DNA from: Eledone cirrhosa
Lineage: Eukaryota
Length of the DNA: 64,000 bases
Assembly (NCBI GenBank): GCA_964016885.1
Contig: OZ024741.1
Span: 171,492,001 to 171,556,000, forward strand
Direction of reading: 5' to 3'
In this document: positions 14,214-30,021 of the stretch, in pieces
Layout: each line of letters opens with the position of its first letter
Numbering within the stretch: position 1 is the stretch's first letter
Notes under the pieces: generated by a model
Database searches by the model: none
Seen by the model: the letters and a program-made list of their open reading frames with translations, nothing else
Told to the model about the DNA's origin: nothing
Made by a program: the position numbers and the translations under genes

Positions 14214-14659
14214 CTGCTATAATGAAATAAAGATTTATGAACTCATCTCCATGGACCTTCTTTAAAATGTAGTTTTGATATCTACACAATTGTTTCATGA
14301 ATCCATCATTACTAGTTTTCTAACTCTATCAATATCAATGGCTGATAGAGAACTGTCTATATTTGTTTAGCAAACATGGAAGGCATTTATAAATTCACCC
14401 GACTTCAATAGATTAAAATAGACTTTGAGAAATTGATTTTAGTTGATTTAATTAAAAATACGTTCATAATATCCACACATTAATACCAGTTTCCGACAAT
14501 GTTAGCCTAGGAAAAAGATAGAACTTTTGAGAAATATATTAACTTGTAATTATGGATAGCAAGTAGTTCCTATCAATGGATAATTATGAGCTGTCAGTTG
14601 ACTTTTGTTCTAATAGCCAGGCTCTGTCAGTAATCTAATTTATCATATTTAGTAGAGTT

Positions 14660-15410
14660 ATGTTTTTGCATTTTCTTGAGAGTTCCTTCCAGTCTCTCTT
14701 CCAACACTTCTCCATACAAAACTTGTTTTGGGAGACTGCTGACCCCTAGTCATACTATATGATATAACCACTAGAGATGCTGTTTCATGATCATAGTTTT
14801 GATGGCTGGCATAAAGGCCCACCATAGCACTTCACTGTCTGATATATGAGACCACCATGAGATCTTGAGGATTGAGTGCAAGCATTGTTGGTAGAAATGT
14901 TCAAGGTGCTGAATATACCCACAGTATGTTATCCATGTCTTACATGCAGGGCTGTAATCACACATGCTTGATAACTTCTTTTGTGTGCTCACTGATATTT
15001 GATTGAGGCCACAGGAGCTTATCAAGTTTACCAAAAGCATCAGAAGATTTAGACAACCAGCAGCTTACCTCTTCATTAAGGGTGTTGCTGCTGGAGAGAT
15101 TACTACCCAGATAGACAAACTTATTGACAACGCTCAATATTTTCCCTTTGACAAATATAGATGGGGCAGGAGATATATGGCTTTCTGGGTGCATGCTGGT
15201 ACATCACTGTCTTTTTCAAGCTGGTTGACATCTCAAACTCTTCACATGCTGCTAAGAAGCAATACATCTTAAATTGAAGGTCTTCGTCCATGTGGCTAAC
15301 AAGATCACAGTCGTCTGCATAATGAAGATCACTTATCAGTGCAATATATGTTTTTGATGCAGCAAAGAATTGTTGAAATTTTAAAGAGCCTTCCCGTTGT
15401 TTGATAACAC
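14660..15410 (-). mobile_element. Degraded RTE (BovB-like) LINE RT fragment
   Basis: ISDLHYADDCDL; [22 protein letters not shown]; HLEHFYQQCLHSILKISW. Confidence 0.85.
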
Positions 15411-16130
15411 ATATATATGCTAACATCGGCATTGGTGAATGCTTTTAACATTCATACACATATATACATACATACATAGTACCTACAAGCATTCCTACAC
15501 ATTCTAAACCGCACTCAAACACACACACGCACAAAAGAAAACAAAAAAAACACATACGCATAAACTTTGGCATTTAATGTAAAAGCCGAAATAATACAAT
15601 AGCAATAGACATTGTCTATTCCCATGAATATTGGTTTGACATACTGATGTGTTTAACTAAACAGACATTGTGTTACAGCTGTCTTGTCGTCTATTGTGCC
15701 TACAGTTTCTCAAAACTTTGCCCAAAGGACATAAGAATATAACAATAGTATATATTGAAATCTTTAAAAGAATAATCTGCAAACGTTGATCTCTTGTGTC
15801 TGTGATAACCCATATTCTGTTGATTACAACATAAATGGAGCAGACACTAACAGGTTATTGATTTACCATTTCTTCATATATATATATGAGAGAGAGGGAA
15901 ATGTGTAGAGGATAGATGGAATCAGTAAAACGACTTGTAAATAGGCCCTAAGTTATTTATTCTGGATCATTACATACTTAATTCAAATGCTCGGATTCAT
16001 ATAATACCATGCAAAGGAAGTACTGCAGAAAATTTACTCTAGTTTTGGCCTGTGCACAAAAGACGATGTATGCTACACTGGAGGTCACAAGCTCCAACCA
16101 ATGTTTAATTGGTACACACACACACACACG

Positions 16131-16191
<61 letters not shown>

Positions 16192-16551
16192 GTGTGCGTG
16201 TGGTTCAAGAATAAAGAGGACAAACACAGAAATGCCTAAACACCAAGAGTTATTAGGTTTACGCTTGGGAAGAAATAAATGAGGATTTTAATGTATCAGA
16301 TATAAAAACTTCTTCAGGAAATAGCAAGTGTTGGAGCGAGAGAGAGAAGGTTGGATTAAAAATAATATATATTTATAATGTCTGAAGCGTGTAGATGAGT
16401 AGTTCCGCCTGAGGGGCTAGGTGCCAAGGTAGAAAGTCTGTGTGTGTTGTGGGTGCTGTTTACATATGTTCAGATGGATTGAATTTCGTGGATGTACGTT
16501 ACTTCGTGTGTGTGTATGTGTGCACATATATGCGTACGTGTTGTAGATTAA

Positions 16552-16730
16552 TATTGTTTCTACTTTTGGCACAAGGCCAGCAATACCCAGTGTATTACTG
16601 GTACTTTATTTTATCGACCCCGTAAGGATGAAAAGCAAAGTTAACCTCGGCGGGATTTGAACTCAGAATGGCAAGGGCCGTAACTCTATGCGTCAAAGCA
16701 TGGCGTCCGACCCTCTACCGATACTGCCAT
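16552..16730 (-). mobile_element. SINE-A
   Basis: Matches family consensus. Confidence 0.9.
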
Positions 16731-16994
16731 TGCTATAAATTAATGTTTTGTCTCTCGTCTCTTACTCCACTGGACAACGTTTGGTTAGTGTCAGACGTTG
16801 TGACCCCGTGTATACTTGTAGTACCAGGTAGGGGTCAAAATTGCCAAAGACCACCTCAACGGCAGATGACTGAACTTCTGTGCCCTTTGTTTGTAGTTTT
16901 ATTTTTTTTAAATAAATTTTCAAGGTTTCCACTTAAAAAATTGTTTTTTGTTCGTTGCCTTGTCCTTTTTTAATTTTCTTAAGTTTATATATAT

Positions 16995-18105
<1,111 letters not shown>

Positions 18106-18119
18106 TTTACTCACTCTCT

Positions 18120-18155
<36 letters not shown>

Positions 18156-18299
18156 CAAGTGTATATATATTTTGGCACATATATATACAACACATATATA
18201 TATATAGGTGTGTGTACGTATGCACATATATGTGTATGTATTCATATTTGTGTGTGTGTTTATATATTCTTCCTATATATATATATATATATATAGGAA

Positions 18300-18509
18300 G
18301 AATAAGATAATTGTTTCTACTTTTGGCACAAGGCCCGCAATTAACCAGTACATTACTGGTACTTTATTTTATCGACCCCGTAAGGATGAAAGGCAAAGTT
18401 GACCTCGGCGGGATTTGAACTCAGAATGGAAAGGGCCGTAACTCTATGCGTCAAAGCATGACGTCCGACCCTCTACCGATACTGCCAATCCACTTATCGA
18501 ATAAGATAA
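18300..18509 (-). mobile_element. SINE-A with 11-bp TSD GAATAAGATAA
   Basis: Family match; TSD at 18300-18310 and 18499-18509. Confidence 0.9.
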
Positions 18510-18525
18510 CATTCTGGAATCTTAC

Positions 18526-18575
18526 ATAATTTTATTAATTACGTCATTGCTGTTTGCAGCTGAGTTTGCAGCCAT
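18526..18575 (-). CDS. Possible first coding exon of a host gene (MAANSAANSNDVINKI)
   Basis: GAAATGG start context, 50-nt open frame, then GTAAG donor, in unique CpG-retaining DNA; no downstream exon identified. Confidence 0.2.
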
Positions 18576-19317
18576 TTCAAAAAGATTTTCGTTGTCGTCT
18601 TTCGGAAAATGTTTTTCATTTATATTTATTTCACGTGGTTGTCTGTCTTTCTGTCTGTGTCTGTTTGTGTGTGTATGTGTATGTGTGAAACCTTTATAAA
18701 CTACCGAAGCACTGGGTAATATGAAATTCTTGTTAGAAAATGTAAGAATCACAAATGCATAAAAAAACTATTACGTTAATAGCTTAGAAATACTTATATA
18801 ATGTCCCTATGTGTCGTAAAATATGTCCATTGGAATCGAACGATATAAGGAGAATTTTCTATAAAACCGAGGCTCTTGGAATGTTTGTTTAAATGAAGCA
18901 AGTATGTATTTAATATAAATAAATAGAACGTTTTTTTTTATTACCACACTAGCGTGTGTTCCGTGTACATGAATTGCTAATTCTACCAAAGGAAAGTTTA
19001 CAAATGATTTTACTGTAAAATGCATTGAATATTAAAGGAAAAAATATTTTCTAAATAAACTGATGAGGCTTCTTTATTATTAAAACATCTGATAAAGACA
19101 GAAAGAGCGAAATAATCTTCAAACAATTGTCAGTTATTACGTCCATATAGAATTCTTCAATTGTAGTTTGATTAAATTGCAGTTAGATGTCTAAATTATT
19201 TTTTTAAATAGGGTAATCTTGATTGAATTTTTCCTAAAATTTGTTAAAGATTGTGTTAAGCCCAAGTAACCTAGATAAGCCACACGTGTGTGTGTACATA
19301 TATATATACACATATGT

Positions 19318-19640
19318 TAAGGCTCCTGGCTTGGTGGTTAGAATGTTCGATGTCCGATCGTAAGGACGTGATTTCGATTCTCAGACCGGTTGGTTCGTTG
19401 TGTCTTTGAGACAAACACTATTTCACGTTGTTCCAGTCCACTGGGCCAAAAAAAAAAAAATGAGTTGTACCTGTTAATTCAAAGGGACAGCCCTGTCACA
19501 CAGAAGCTCCCTTAGAAATATGTTAAGTGTGCACGTGCCTGTATCATGCTCAGCCACTTACACGTTAATCTCACGAGCAGCCATTTCTATTGATTGAATC
19601 ATCTGAAGCACTTGTCGTCTAAAACGACGGAGGGCCTCTA
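19318..19640 (+). mobile_element. SINE-B (tRNA-derived head)
   Basis: TGGCTTGGTGGTTAG A-box and ATTTCGATTC B-box-like motifs; family body. Confidence 0.8.
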
Positions 19641-20181
19641 TATACATATATTTGTATATGGATGTATGTTTATATGTATACATGTGTATCTATGTATTTA
19701 TGTAGATAGACATAGATTTGACTGATTGCCAAATATTGCATCATAGACATGCTTCTCCTTGAACTAGAGAATTCACATCCACTCTCCTGTACCTATTTGA
19801 CATATCCATCTTCATTTATCTTACATTACCATTAGTGTGTACAAAACTGCTTTCTTAATGTAGTATTAAGCAATAAAGACAATGCTCCCTCTCAAAAATT
19901 CTAATGGTCTGCAGAATTCCCTTTTTACATGTTATTCATTATACATATTTCTAATACTACAGTGTATTTAGCACTTTATGTAGTTGTACGACATATTAAT
20001 CGGCCTACCTGTCTGTTTCCCCCTCTTCTCTATCTCTGTAAATGCAGACAGAAACACACCCCCACAAACACATAGATGATGTCTGTCCACGCAAGTTAGA
20101 TTATATAATAAACATAAAGACAAAAATGTACACAAATAGTATACCTAATATCACATTTTATAATCATGTTAAATGTTTATA

Positions 20182-20355
20182 ATAATTGTTTCTACTTTTG
20201 GCACAAAGCCAGCAATTACACCAGTGCATTACTGGTACTTTATTTTATCGACCCAGTAAGGATGAAAGGCAAAGTTAACCTCGGCGGGATTTGAACTTAG
20301 ATCATAAAGGGTCGTAACTCTATGCTGCAAAGTATGGCATCCGACCCTCTATCGA
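20182..20355 (-). mobile_element. SINE-A
   Basis: Matches family consensus. Confidence 0.9.
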
Positions 20356-20359
20356 TCGT

Positions 20360-20725
20360 TTGTCATCTATAGCACAAACCTTAACTGCTTTCCTCGTTTC
20401 TTCACTATTCATAAGTATCGGTCGCTCTCCGACAGTTTGCAATCGACCCCCTTTAGCCGTGGAGACTTCTTGTATCCTTGGCCCTAGGGCTACTGCTCTA
20501 CTCACCAGCATAGGCGCTGAGCTGGCTAGCCACAGTTGTGAGCTTCGCGACATAGAATGGCTCTTGGCTCTTCCAGCGCATCTCCCGCACCATCCTCCGG
20601 GAAAACGCCTTCTCCATTCTGTCCACCGGGGCCGTCGGGCGGCCAATGCGTGGGACCCCATTTTCTCATAATAGTAAGAGATGGGAAGGGCGAGAGAGAT
20701 GGAGGCGATGACAGTGGGAGTTCGG
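20360..20725 (-). mobile_element. GC-rich dispersed repeat, probably a LINE 5' region
   Basis: Diverged second copy at 45690-45885. Confidence 0.5.
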
Positions 20726-21479
20726 CTCTTCTGTATTCGGACCTGGTGTACGTGTGTGTTTGCTTCTATTCATTCGATAGAAAACGTGATGTATATATAT
20801 TTCTATGTTTGTTTAGTCTCCATAGTTGTGAGTTGATGTAATATTAGTGTAACATCAATAATAACGGTAAAACTAATACTAATTAATAAGTTCTTAATGT
20901 AAATAAACGTCATTTAATCATTAAGTGCTTTGATAGTCACGTGAGATTTTTGGCAGAATATTATTCCTAAACATTTAAGCGCGTTGTATATTATTAATTA
21001 GTAATTTCTCCTTGTCTAATTCTTGGTTGTTCGGTAATATCATCTGCAAATTGATAAATGGGAAAAATGTCTACCAACTCATATATTCTTTAAATATCCA
21101 CGCTGTGGAATCTTTCTTGGATTTGTTGTCTTTGGGTGGTCATTCGTTTTCGTAGGCTATTGCCAATTATTCCGCACTTTGTTAAAACAAGAGATTGCCA
21201 GATAAACGTATGCAACTGTTTTTAAGTTTAAAAATTTGTCCATCTCCAAATTTGAATTCTGAGCTGTTCCAGCATATATTCACTGATTCAGTAATTAGGT
21301 CTTCCACATTGTGTTACTCGGGGATAAGATATCTGTGAATTTTTGCACTTGTGAGAAGTTTTTCAATTTCTTTTTTTGTTATCGTTTGTACTTTATGACT
21401 TGATGTTTCTCCAGAATTTTTATCATCTTTTAAAATCATTTTTTTATCATTAAACTAAATAGGTAGATTCATATAAATA

Positions 21480-21662
21480 TAATTGTTTCTACTTTTGGCA
21501 CAAGGCGAGCAATTGTACCAGTGTATTACTGGTACTTTATTTTATCGACCTCGTAAGGATGAAAGGTAAAGTTAACCTCGGCGGAATTTGAACTCAGATC
21601 AGAAAGGGAAGCAACTCTATGCTGGAAAGCATGGCGTCCGACCCTCTACCGATACTGCCAAT
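21480..21662 (-). mobile_element. SINE-A inserted in the PLE
   Basis: Matches family consensus. Confidence 0.9.
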
Positions 21663-22482
21663 GAATATAATAAAATTCAATAGTGTGTGTTTATATGAAT
21701 GGAAGTGTGTTTTCTTTTAAATTCTGTAAATCTTGAATATTTATATTTTTCGGTCCTTCTATTCCACTTTTCACTAATCCGGAAGGATATTTTCGGAGGA
21801 TTAAACTAACTCGGAATTCTATAAGTCTTTGGTCTTGTATGTTCGGGTTGGAAACAATTGTGCAAATTCGTTTCACCAATGTAAAAGGAATATGTGTTCG
21901 TGTATGTTTAGAAATGCAAGATATGAATAGTAAGTATTATTTTGAGTATGTAGACTTATAATAGATATCCGTTTCAATCCACCCATCTATGATCTTTATC
22001 AAAATATCTAAAAAGGGGAGTTCTTTCTTCCTAAATTCCATTGTGATTTAAATATTGCTATTTATGGTGTTTACAATATTTGTTTAATTCTTCTAGCTTA
22101 TCTACCGTTTCATTCCATAAGATAAAACAGTTAATTTTATTTTAGGTATGAATACAAATTGATTCGAAAAGTGTTTAGTAACTCTTTTTCGTAATAACCC
22201 ATAACTAGATATGGTATTTTGATGCTAGATATGTGTATTTTGATGTATTTTGTTGCCCAAAGATGTTCTCGAAATTTGATGGTACGTAAACTTATCGAAT
22301 ATAGAATATATTTTGTAGAATAAATCTCAGACCTTCGATAACGGTATTTATTCCTATACGGTCCAGGGGTTCAAATTGGTACATGTTGAGCCAATATTGA
22401 ATAGTCCCTATTCCATAATCGTGTGGAATATTGTTGACGGTCATTCGTTTTCGTAGACCATTGCCAAATATTTAGCACTATG

Positions 22483-22670
22483 GGTGGTGGATTGGCAATA
22501 CCGGTAGAGCGTCGGACAACATGCATCGTGGCATTAAGTTACGGCCCTTTATGTTTTGAGTTCAAATCCTGCCGATATTAACTTTGCCTTCCTCCTGACG
22601 GGGCCGATAAAATAAAGCACCAGTAATGCACCGGTAATTGCTGGCCTTGCGCCAAAAGTAGAAACAATTA
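22483..22670 (+). mobile_element. SINE-A inserted in the PLE, TSD about TTAGCAC(T/C)ATG
   Basis: Family match; flanking direct repeat. Confidence 0.9.
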
Positions 22671-23449
22671 ATTAGCACCATGTTAATATGAACTACCCAC
22701 AACAAATGAAACAATTATTGTGTCTTAATTTAGTATTCCTGATAAATAAGTGAGCATATTTAGGTAATCACAAATAAACCTTATCTGAAATGTTTTAATA
22801 GAAAACCAAAGAAATTGCTTAGTCTCATATTCGACCCGTGACAATAGGTCTTAGTTTCAAGTCTTGTGTTGAAGGTAATTCAATATATTTAGAATTTTGG
22901 CGTAGTTCGCTTATTCACTTTTAAGAACCTTCTTTAAGCCGTAAAATTTGTTAGTTTATATTGGAAGTTCATTAAGTAATCACCTTCTTTATGTGCCAAA
23001 CATCTATACATATTTAATAATGTACTCATTATTTTGGAATTTTTGATATTGGTTTGTTTTTTCGTAATATGTATTATCTCCTAACCTGATTTGATGAGGT
23101 ATATATAATGAAAACTACGGAGTTTTTTGTTTTGTTTTTGTCGTCTTCCTGTAGTTGTTTGTGGCTTGCTCATTCTATTCTTGAGAAATTTGGTTTTGTA
23201 TTCCAAATTTCTACAATATTTATAGGAAAAATAGATAATTAGAAATATTATTGAGTGCCAAATTTATTTTTATTTTTTTAGAAGGCAAAAGTTCCTTTTT
23301 TTAATATATACAATAAATTATTGCTAGGAACCTTATAAATATAATACACAAAAATATATAATCAAAGCGAGAGAAAACAAAGTTACTTTTTCATGTAACT
23401 ATTGTTTCCTCATCAACTTTTTCAAAGAAATGGTCAGTTAATCTTAGTT

Positions 23450-23689
23450 CTTTTCCTCTTCCTGTCGCTTATTCATGGGACGATCGTGGGGTAAAAGTTC
23501 TCAAGCAAATTTTCTAGCGGGCCCTGTCAGAAGCAACTGTCAAAATGATCCGGCTGAATCCCCGCGCGAGACTATGGATGTTATCCAACCTTGCTCGGGG
23601 TCTACCTTTGGGTCTCCAGTCGGTTTGGCCCATAAAATCTGTATAGGATTGATTAGCAGCTTCTTGTTGTCCTGGTGTCTCTACGAATG

Positions 23690-23690
<1 letters not shown>
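23450..23690 (-). mobile_element. RTE-clade LINE 3' fragment
   Basis: RPKGRPRARLDNI..VASDR; same family as 4718-5100. Confidence 0.7.
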
Positions 23691-23764
<74 letters not shown>

Positions 23765-23768
<4 letters not shown>

Positions 23769-24023
23769 GTAGAACACTGGAAGGTAATATCCGTAGTGGT
23801 AGAGCACTCAGTCTATGGGACGAGTTAGGTAGAAGTGGTTACACAACAGTTAGTTCACCATACCGAGAACAATTGTTTCACCTTAGCGGATCTTCAGTTC
23901 GTAATGGACATGGTTATACGGAACAGCTGTTCCGTATAACCATGTCTATTACGAACTGAAGATTCGCTAAGGTGAAACAATTGTTCTCGGTATGGTGAAC
24001 TAACTGTTGTGTAACCACTTCTA
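23765..24023. mobile_element. TA-flanked fold-back element: 97-bp arms, no loop, 65-bp tail, HHR core in both arms
   Basis: 23830-23926 vs 23927-24023, 2 mismatches; CTGAAGA..GAAA-CAATTG-TT at 23956-23985. Confidence 0.85.
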
Positions 24024-25209
24024 TATATATATATATCAAGATATTTTGAAATAAACCTACGAAAGACAAAATCTTAGAAACAAGGCTCTGTTGTCTTTTG
24101 AGAGCTGGTCAGTTCAATCTACAGAAGAAGAGTTCGTAGGAATTCCATATGTTGTACCCAGTGTAATCTGTGTACTCAAAAGATGTGCAGTAGCATCACA
24201 AGTAGATATATACAGTAGAAATACTTCGTTTTTATTAGATGCACAGGAGTAGTTTACAGTAAGAGTACTCATGAAGGGAATTATTTCAAATGCTTCAAAG
24301 GCTTCTTAGCTAAATTAGAGGTAGGTGTTTTGAAAGCTTAGTAGCCAGAATAAGAACAGTGCAATACGATTCAGGTATCTGTTACCAGTACGATTAACAA
24401 AGGGGTACTTTGTGTGAAAACAGGGCAGATTATATTACACCTGAATTTGAAGTGAGATATTGCATGGTAACAAAACATGGGCACTGGATACAGATGTGCG
24501 AAGGCTGAAAAGAAATTAGGTAAGCATGCTCTGTTGGGTACATATTATTAGTGTACATGAACAACAAAACACAATTGATATAAAAGAAAAGAAACTGTGC
24601 AAGAGAGAAATTAGATGTAGTATGCAAGATAAAGGTTTGAGCTGGTACAATCATGTGTTGCATATGAATGATTAAAGTATTGCCAAGCAATCAAAATAGA
24701 AGAAACCTGAGGAAAAGGCTGACAGAGGAAGACATTTGAAGAAGTGCCAAGCAAGTCAAATGAAGTAACTGTAAAAAGATGAAGAAAAACACTGGTAGTG
24801 ATGAAAGCTGAACTCAGACCTGCCAACCTCTAAAAACCCAAATGGGGAGTACCATGAAAAAAGGTGTCCCGAAACGGGGAGAAATGAGGCAAAAGCGGGG
24901 AGATTTTACAAAATGAAAGCTATACCTATTGTCACAAGAGAAGACATCTATCACCCGACATGTCTGTAAACTTCACAAAAGAGGTACGGTGCTGGAAAAG
25001 CTCTATACAACTCAGACAAACATGGAAAAAGGAACATAAAATTATGATTATAATGAAGGTGTTGCTTATCTATATGCATGTATGTGTGGGCACACATACA
25101 TGCTTATATACTAGTACACCCACACACACATACACTCACTTATATATATATATACAATATACAGAGAGAAACACACAGATACATGCGGACACATACATAC
25201 ACATGAATA

Positions 25210-25788
<579 letters not shown>

Positions 25789-26199
25789 ATATATATATAT
25801 GAACGTAAGTTTTTTTTTCAATGTTTCACACGGATCAAAATATAAGGAAAAGAAATTGAAAATGCAACTAAAGTCTTTTAAGAATATTTATTTACTTTAC
25901 CGGTTTCATAGTTCTTATGATTTTCAAATGTAAAATTGAGAGGAAGGGTTTGTGTTTCTGTTGTAGTGAATCTACCATATAGTTGGAGTTCGGAAATTCT
26001 TTCTATTTTACACAAAAATGTGGCTCCGATTGCTATTTGGTTGGTTGATGGCAGTCACGTTATTAGGTACAGTAATTTTAGTAAATCACCCAAAACTATT
26101 AATTAATTCAAATACATTATATTTTATTAGAAACGGGTTACTAAACCATCTACTCATTGAAATGGCATGTTACTCGCTTAGACTTAGAAGCTCCCGCAT

Positions 26200-27080
26200 C
26201 TTGAGATGCACGAGGCAGCCAAAGTTCTCCAATGACCATGGTCACTGGCATCTATCAATACATCGTTCCAACTTTTGTTCACGTGTTTCGGCTCTCTGTC
26301 GATTATCTGCCGTCAGTTCAACTTGGAGCTTCCTCTTCGTTTCTTTCCATGTAGGTACGAATACAGGACCTGATTAGCATGTCTCTCACTTGGCAGTCGT
26401 GTGACGTTCCCAACCAACTAAGTCGAAGCTTGCACATGATGTTAGACACACGTTGTTGGTGGTTCGTTGACGGACTTCATTGTTAGTTATGAAGTCACCC
26501 CACCAGATGCCAAAGATTTTCCGTATGTATTTGGTGTTAAAAACATTTAATTGGTTCTCTTGGATGGTCGTCACACGCAATATTTCGAAACTATACAGGA
26601 GCGTTGAAAGCACGTTGTTATTTTAAAATCTCATCTTGATGCCAAGTGAAAAATGTTTGCTATTCCAGATCTTGTTGAGTTGCTTAAAGGCAGCCGAAGC
26701 TTTGCCTATTCTGTAATTAATTTATTTCACCCTGTCACCACGTCTGTTGATAGAGCTTCCGATGAGGTGATGTCGTGCTTGACCTCCACATCTTCCTGAT
26801 TGTTGCAGACGTTGGTGGCTGACGGTTGTATACCAACTAACATATTCTTAGTCTGTTTGACACTTATGTGGGGACCAATGCTGGCTCAGGATCTCCCTAT
26901 CACATCTATCAGAAACTCTACATCGGATATATTTTTGGTCATGGCAGCGATATCGTCCACAAAATCAAGGTCTGAGAACTAGTTCCTCTAACCAGTCAAA
27001 ACCCATACCTTCCATTTCCCTTTCGAGAATTCAGTCGATGGCCAAAGCTAAGAAAATCTGAGAGAGTGTACCTCCTCAAA
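26200..27080 (-). mobile_element. Degraded RTE LINE fragment
   Basis: DLDFVDDIA; RIGKASAAFKQLNKIW; VLSTLLYSFE..NQLNVFNTKYIRKIFGIWWGDFITNNEVRQR. Confidence 0.8.
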
Positions 27081-28194
27081 CCACTCACAATAGTCATCCT
27101 CAGTTCTTACGCAGCTTTTGAGCCGGTATATTAAAATCTTTTGCTATGAAAACAGTTGTTAGCCTTCAGCCCTATCACTTTCAACTATCGTAGAAATTGT
27201 AAGTAGGATTCATCTCATAGAGAGTTACCATTTAACCCATGGAGGCAGTTTGTAAAAGCTTTCCGTGTGGCCTTGACATGCCCTGACACAAGTCCCTTGT
27301 AGGGTATTTGCACCATTTTATAGACATGAAGTTGCTAGATTTCAAGTCAGCACATCCGGGGGACCTGCTATCCGCGATTGCTTATTCATGCATCCGATGT
27401 TGCCTTATTTCGCAGCTTATCTGGGAACATGATTGATGCTGCACAGCAACGCTCACAACAATTAGCATGTAAGTGACAGTATGTCAATCTGTAGAAAAAA
27501 AAAGAAAAAAGAAAAAAAAAAAAATTAAAAAAAAAAATTAAATTAAATTAACCATTTTAAATCTAACCGAAAATTGTAAGTGACAGTATGTCAATCTGTA
27601 GAATATTAAGTTAATTATCATGTACATGACTGCATATTCTACAGGCACAGTACAACTGATGTACTTCTTAGGTCGAATCAGTGTGACAAAGCTGGCTCTT
27701 TGAATTGCACGTACAATCCATCTGATGGGTATTCAAACAGCTTTCACCGCCGCAGTTTCACTCAACAGTTTTCAGTGAATCTGTCTGGAATGACTCCCGC
27801 ATCTCCAAACAAAAAACACTTGCACATAAGGACACCCAGTTAGATTGAACCCGGATATCAGTGATTGTGATGTGAACTTCTTAATCACGAAGCCTGTTTT
27901 CATTCACAAACAGACACACACAAAATCACATTCATATATATACACACACATATATATATATATACGCAAATACACACATATATTCAATGGATTCACTTTT
28001 CAATAACCTACAAACCTGATAATTTCAGAATTCTGTAGAATTAATCCATATTCAGTAATCTTCTTAAGATTTGTTTTTTTCTTATAACAGAAACTCATGT
28101 TCTCTTCTGATGAACATCTCTCTCTCTCTCTCTCTCTCTCCTCTCTCTCACACCTTCTCTCTCTATCTCCCCCCTCTCTCTCTCTATCTCCCCC

Positions 28195-28244
<50 letters not shown>

Positions 28245-28325
28245 TTGTGTTGCTCCTACAGAAAACGGACGTTAAATGATGATGGTAATGATGCAACGTG
28301 TGTACACACGAACATACTATACACG

Positions 28326-28382
<57 letters not shown>

Positions 28383-28789
28383 TGCCTATGTGTGTATGTT
28401 TATTTTATATTATTTGATAGGCTTTTGTTTTACGTCTATTGTTTTGTTATCTCGATTTTATTGCTTAATTTATTTATTGTTTTATTTATTTATTTTTATT
28501 TATTTTTGCTATTTTTATTTCAAATTTTCTTTAGTAAGGAGAAATAATCAATCGTTGTAGGATTTATCTCATTGCTGTTTTGGTTTCTACCATTCTGGAT
28601 TTCACACTCCACTCTCCCCCTCATCCACCTCTTACTCTTGCTTCCTTTTCTCATTCACCCCCCCCCCCCCCCGACACACATACATACACTATTCTAGTTC
28701 TTCTACCACCATCACTGTCTGTCTGTCTGTTACTCTCTCATTCTCACTTTACTCAGTCATTTTACATGTGTGTGTGTGTGTGTATGTGT

Positions 28790-29430
28790 GTGTACTCACA
28801 ATCACACACGTACGCATAAACACACAATCACATACGTACACATGCACACACAATCACACACGTACACAATAGCACACGTGCACGTGCACACACAATCACA
28901 TACGTACACAACCACACACGTATTTATACGTACACATGCACATACAATCACACACGTACACATGCACACACAATCACATACGTACATATGCACACACAAT
29001 CACACACGTGAACATGCACACAATCACACACATGCACACACAATCACATACACACACGTACAACTTATACACAGACATTCTCTTTTATTTTCTTTCACAC
29101 ACACATACACACACATACACGCGCGTACACACACGCACACACACAAACATTCACATATATTAACATATATATACATACACATATACATTAAAAAACTTGC
29201 ATGCGCACTGGTGAACAACCATTGTTTTGGCTATTCTTGTTCTTTTCTTTCACAGCCTATTTTATAAGTACACATACATACTCATTCATATATACACATA
29301 CGTAAATATTTATACATATACATATATAAACATTCATATATACACATACATAAACATTCATACATACACATACATAAACATTCATATATACACATACATA
29401 AACATTTATATATACACATACATAAACATT
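28790..29430. repeat. CA-rich minisatellites (CACACAATCACA.ACGTACACATG units; 24-bp CATTCATATATACACATACATAAA units)
   Basis: Direct reading. Confidence 0.85.
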
Positions 29431-29482
29431 CCTTCTTTCTTTATTTATTTCTCTTTCTGTGGTTCCAGTTCTATATTAGGCT

Positions 29483-29603
29483 ATTATCTTTAATAATAAT
29501 TGTTTCTACTTTTGGCACAAGGCCAGCAATTACCCAGTGTATTACTGGTACGTTATTTTATCGACCCCGTAAGGATGAAAGGCAAATTATCTTTAATAAT
29601 AAT
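29483..29603 (-). mobile_element. 5'-truncated SINE-A with TSD ATTATCTTTAATAATAAT
   Basis: Family match; 18-bp direct repeat on both sides. Confidence 0.85.
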
Positions 29604-29744
29604 AAATCTTGCCAATGTAAACTTTGCCTTTCATCCTTGGACCAGGTAGCAGTGAAAATATACTAAAGTACTGTTATCCTACTTCGGCTGTTCCCTTCCT
29701 CTGCAAAATTCTGACCTTGATTCTATGTAAGGAATTATTATTAG

Positions 29745-29933
29745 GGCAGTGAATTGGCAGTATCGGTAGAGGGTCAGATGCCATGCTTTCCAGCATAGTT
29801 ATGTCCCTTTACGGTCTGAGTTCAAATCCCACCAAGGTTAACTTTACCTTTCATCCTTACGGGGTCGATAAAATAAAGTAGCAGTAATGCACTGGGGTAA
29901 TTGCTGGCCTTGTCCCAAAAGTAGAAACAATTA
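29745..29933 (+). mobile_element. SINE-A
   Basis: Matches family consensus. Confidence 0.9.
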
Positions 29934-30021
29934 CTGTTATTGGATTTTTGTTACATCTTCATTTTTTCTTCTCCATTAACATCTTTCATTTTCAGATTTT
30001 AATTTCTCATATATATATATA

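Larger units (their letters stand above)
20970..23400 (-). mobile_element. Degraded Penelope-like retroelement (RT + GIY-YIG), interrupted by two SINE-A copies
   Basis: KELPFLDILIKIIDGWIETDIYYKST..HTRTHIPFTLVKRICTIVSN (22030-21850); GNSLRKRMTTQRQQI and IFPIYQF endonuclease C-terminus (~21170-21040); 5' boundary uncertain. Confidence 0.8.

Noticed and set aside
15978-16022. Minus-strand segment bounded by AG and GTATGT as second exon of the 18575 candidate
   Set aside because: Stop codons in all three frames
19060-19145. CTGATGAG..GAAA possible hammerhead
   Set aside because: Stem I cannot be formed and stem II is imperfect; plausibly chance
24816-24915. hAT-like terminus CAGACCTGCCAACC
   Set aside because: No matching opposite TIR or TSD found
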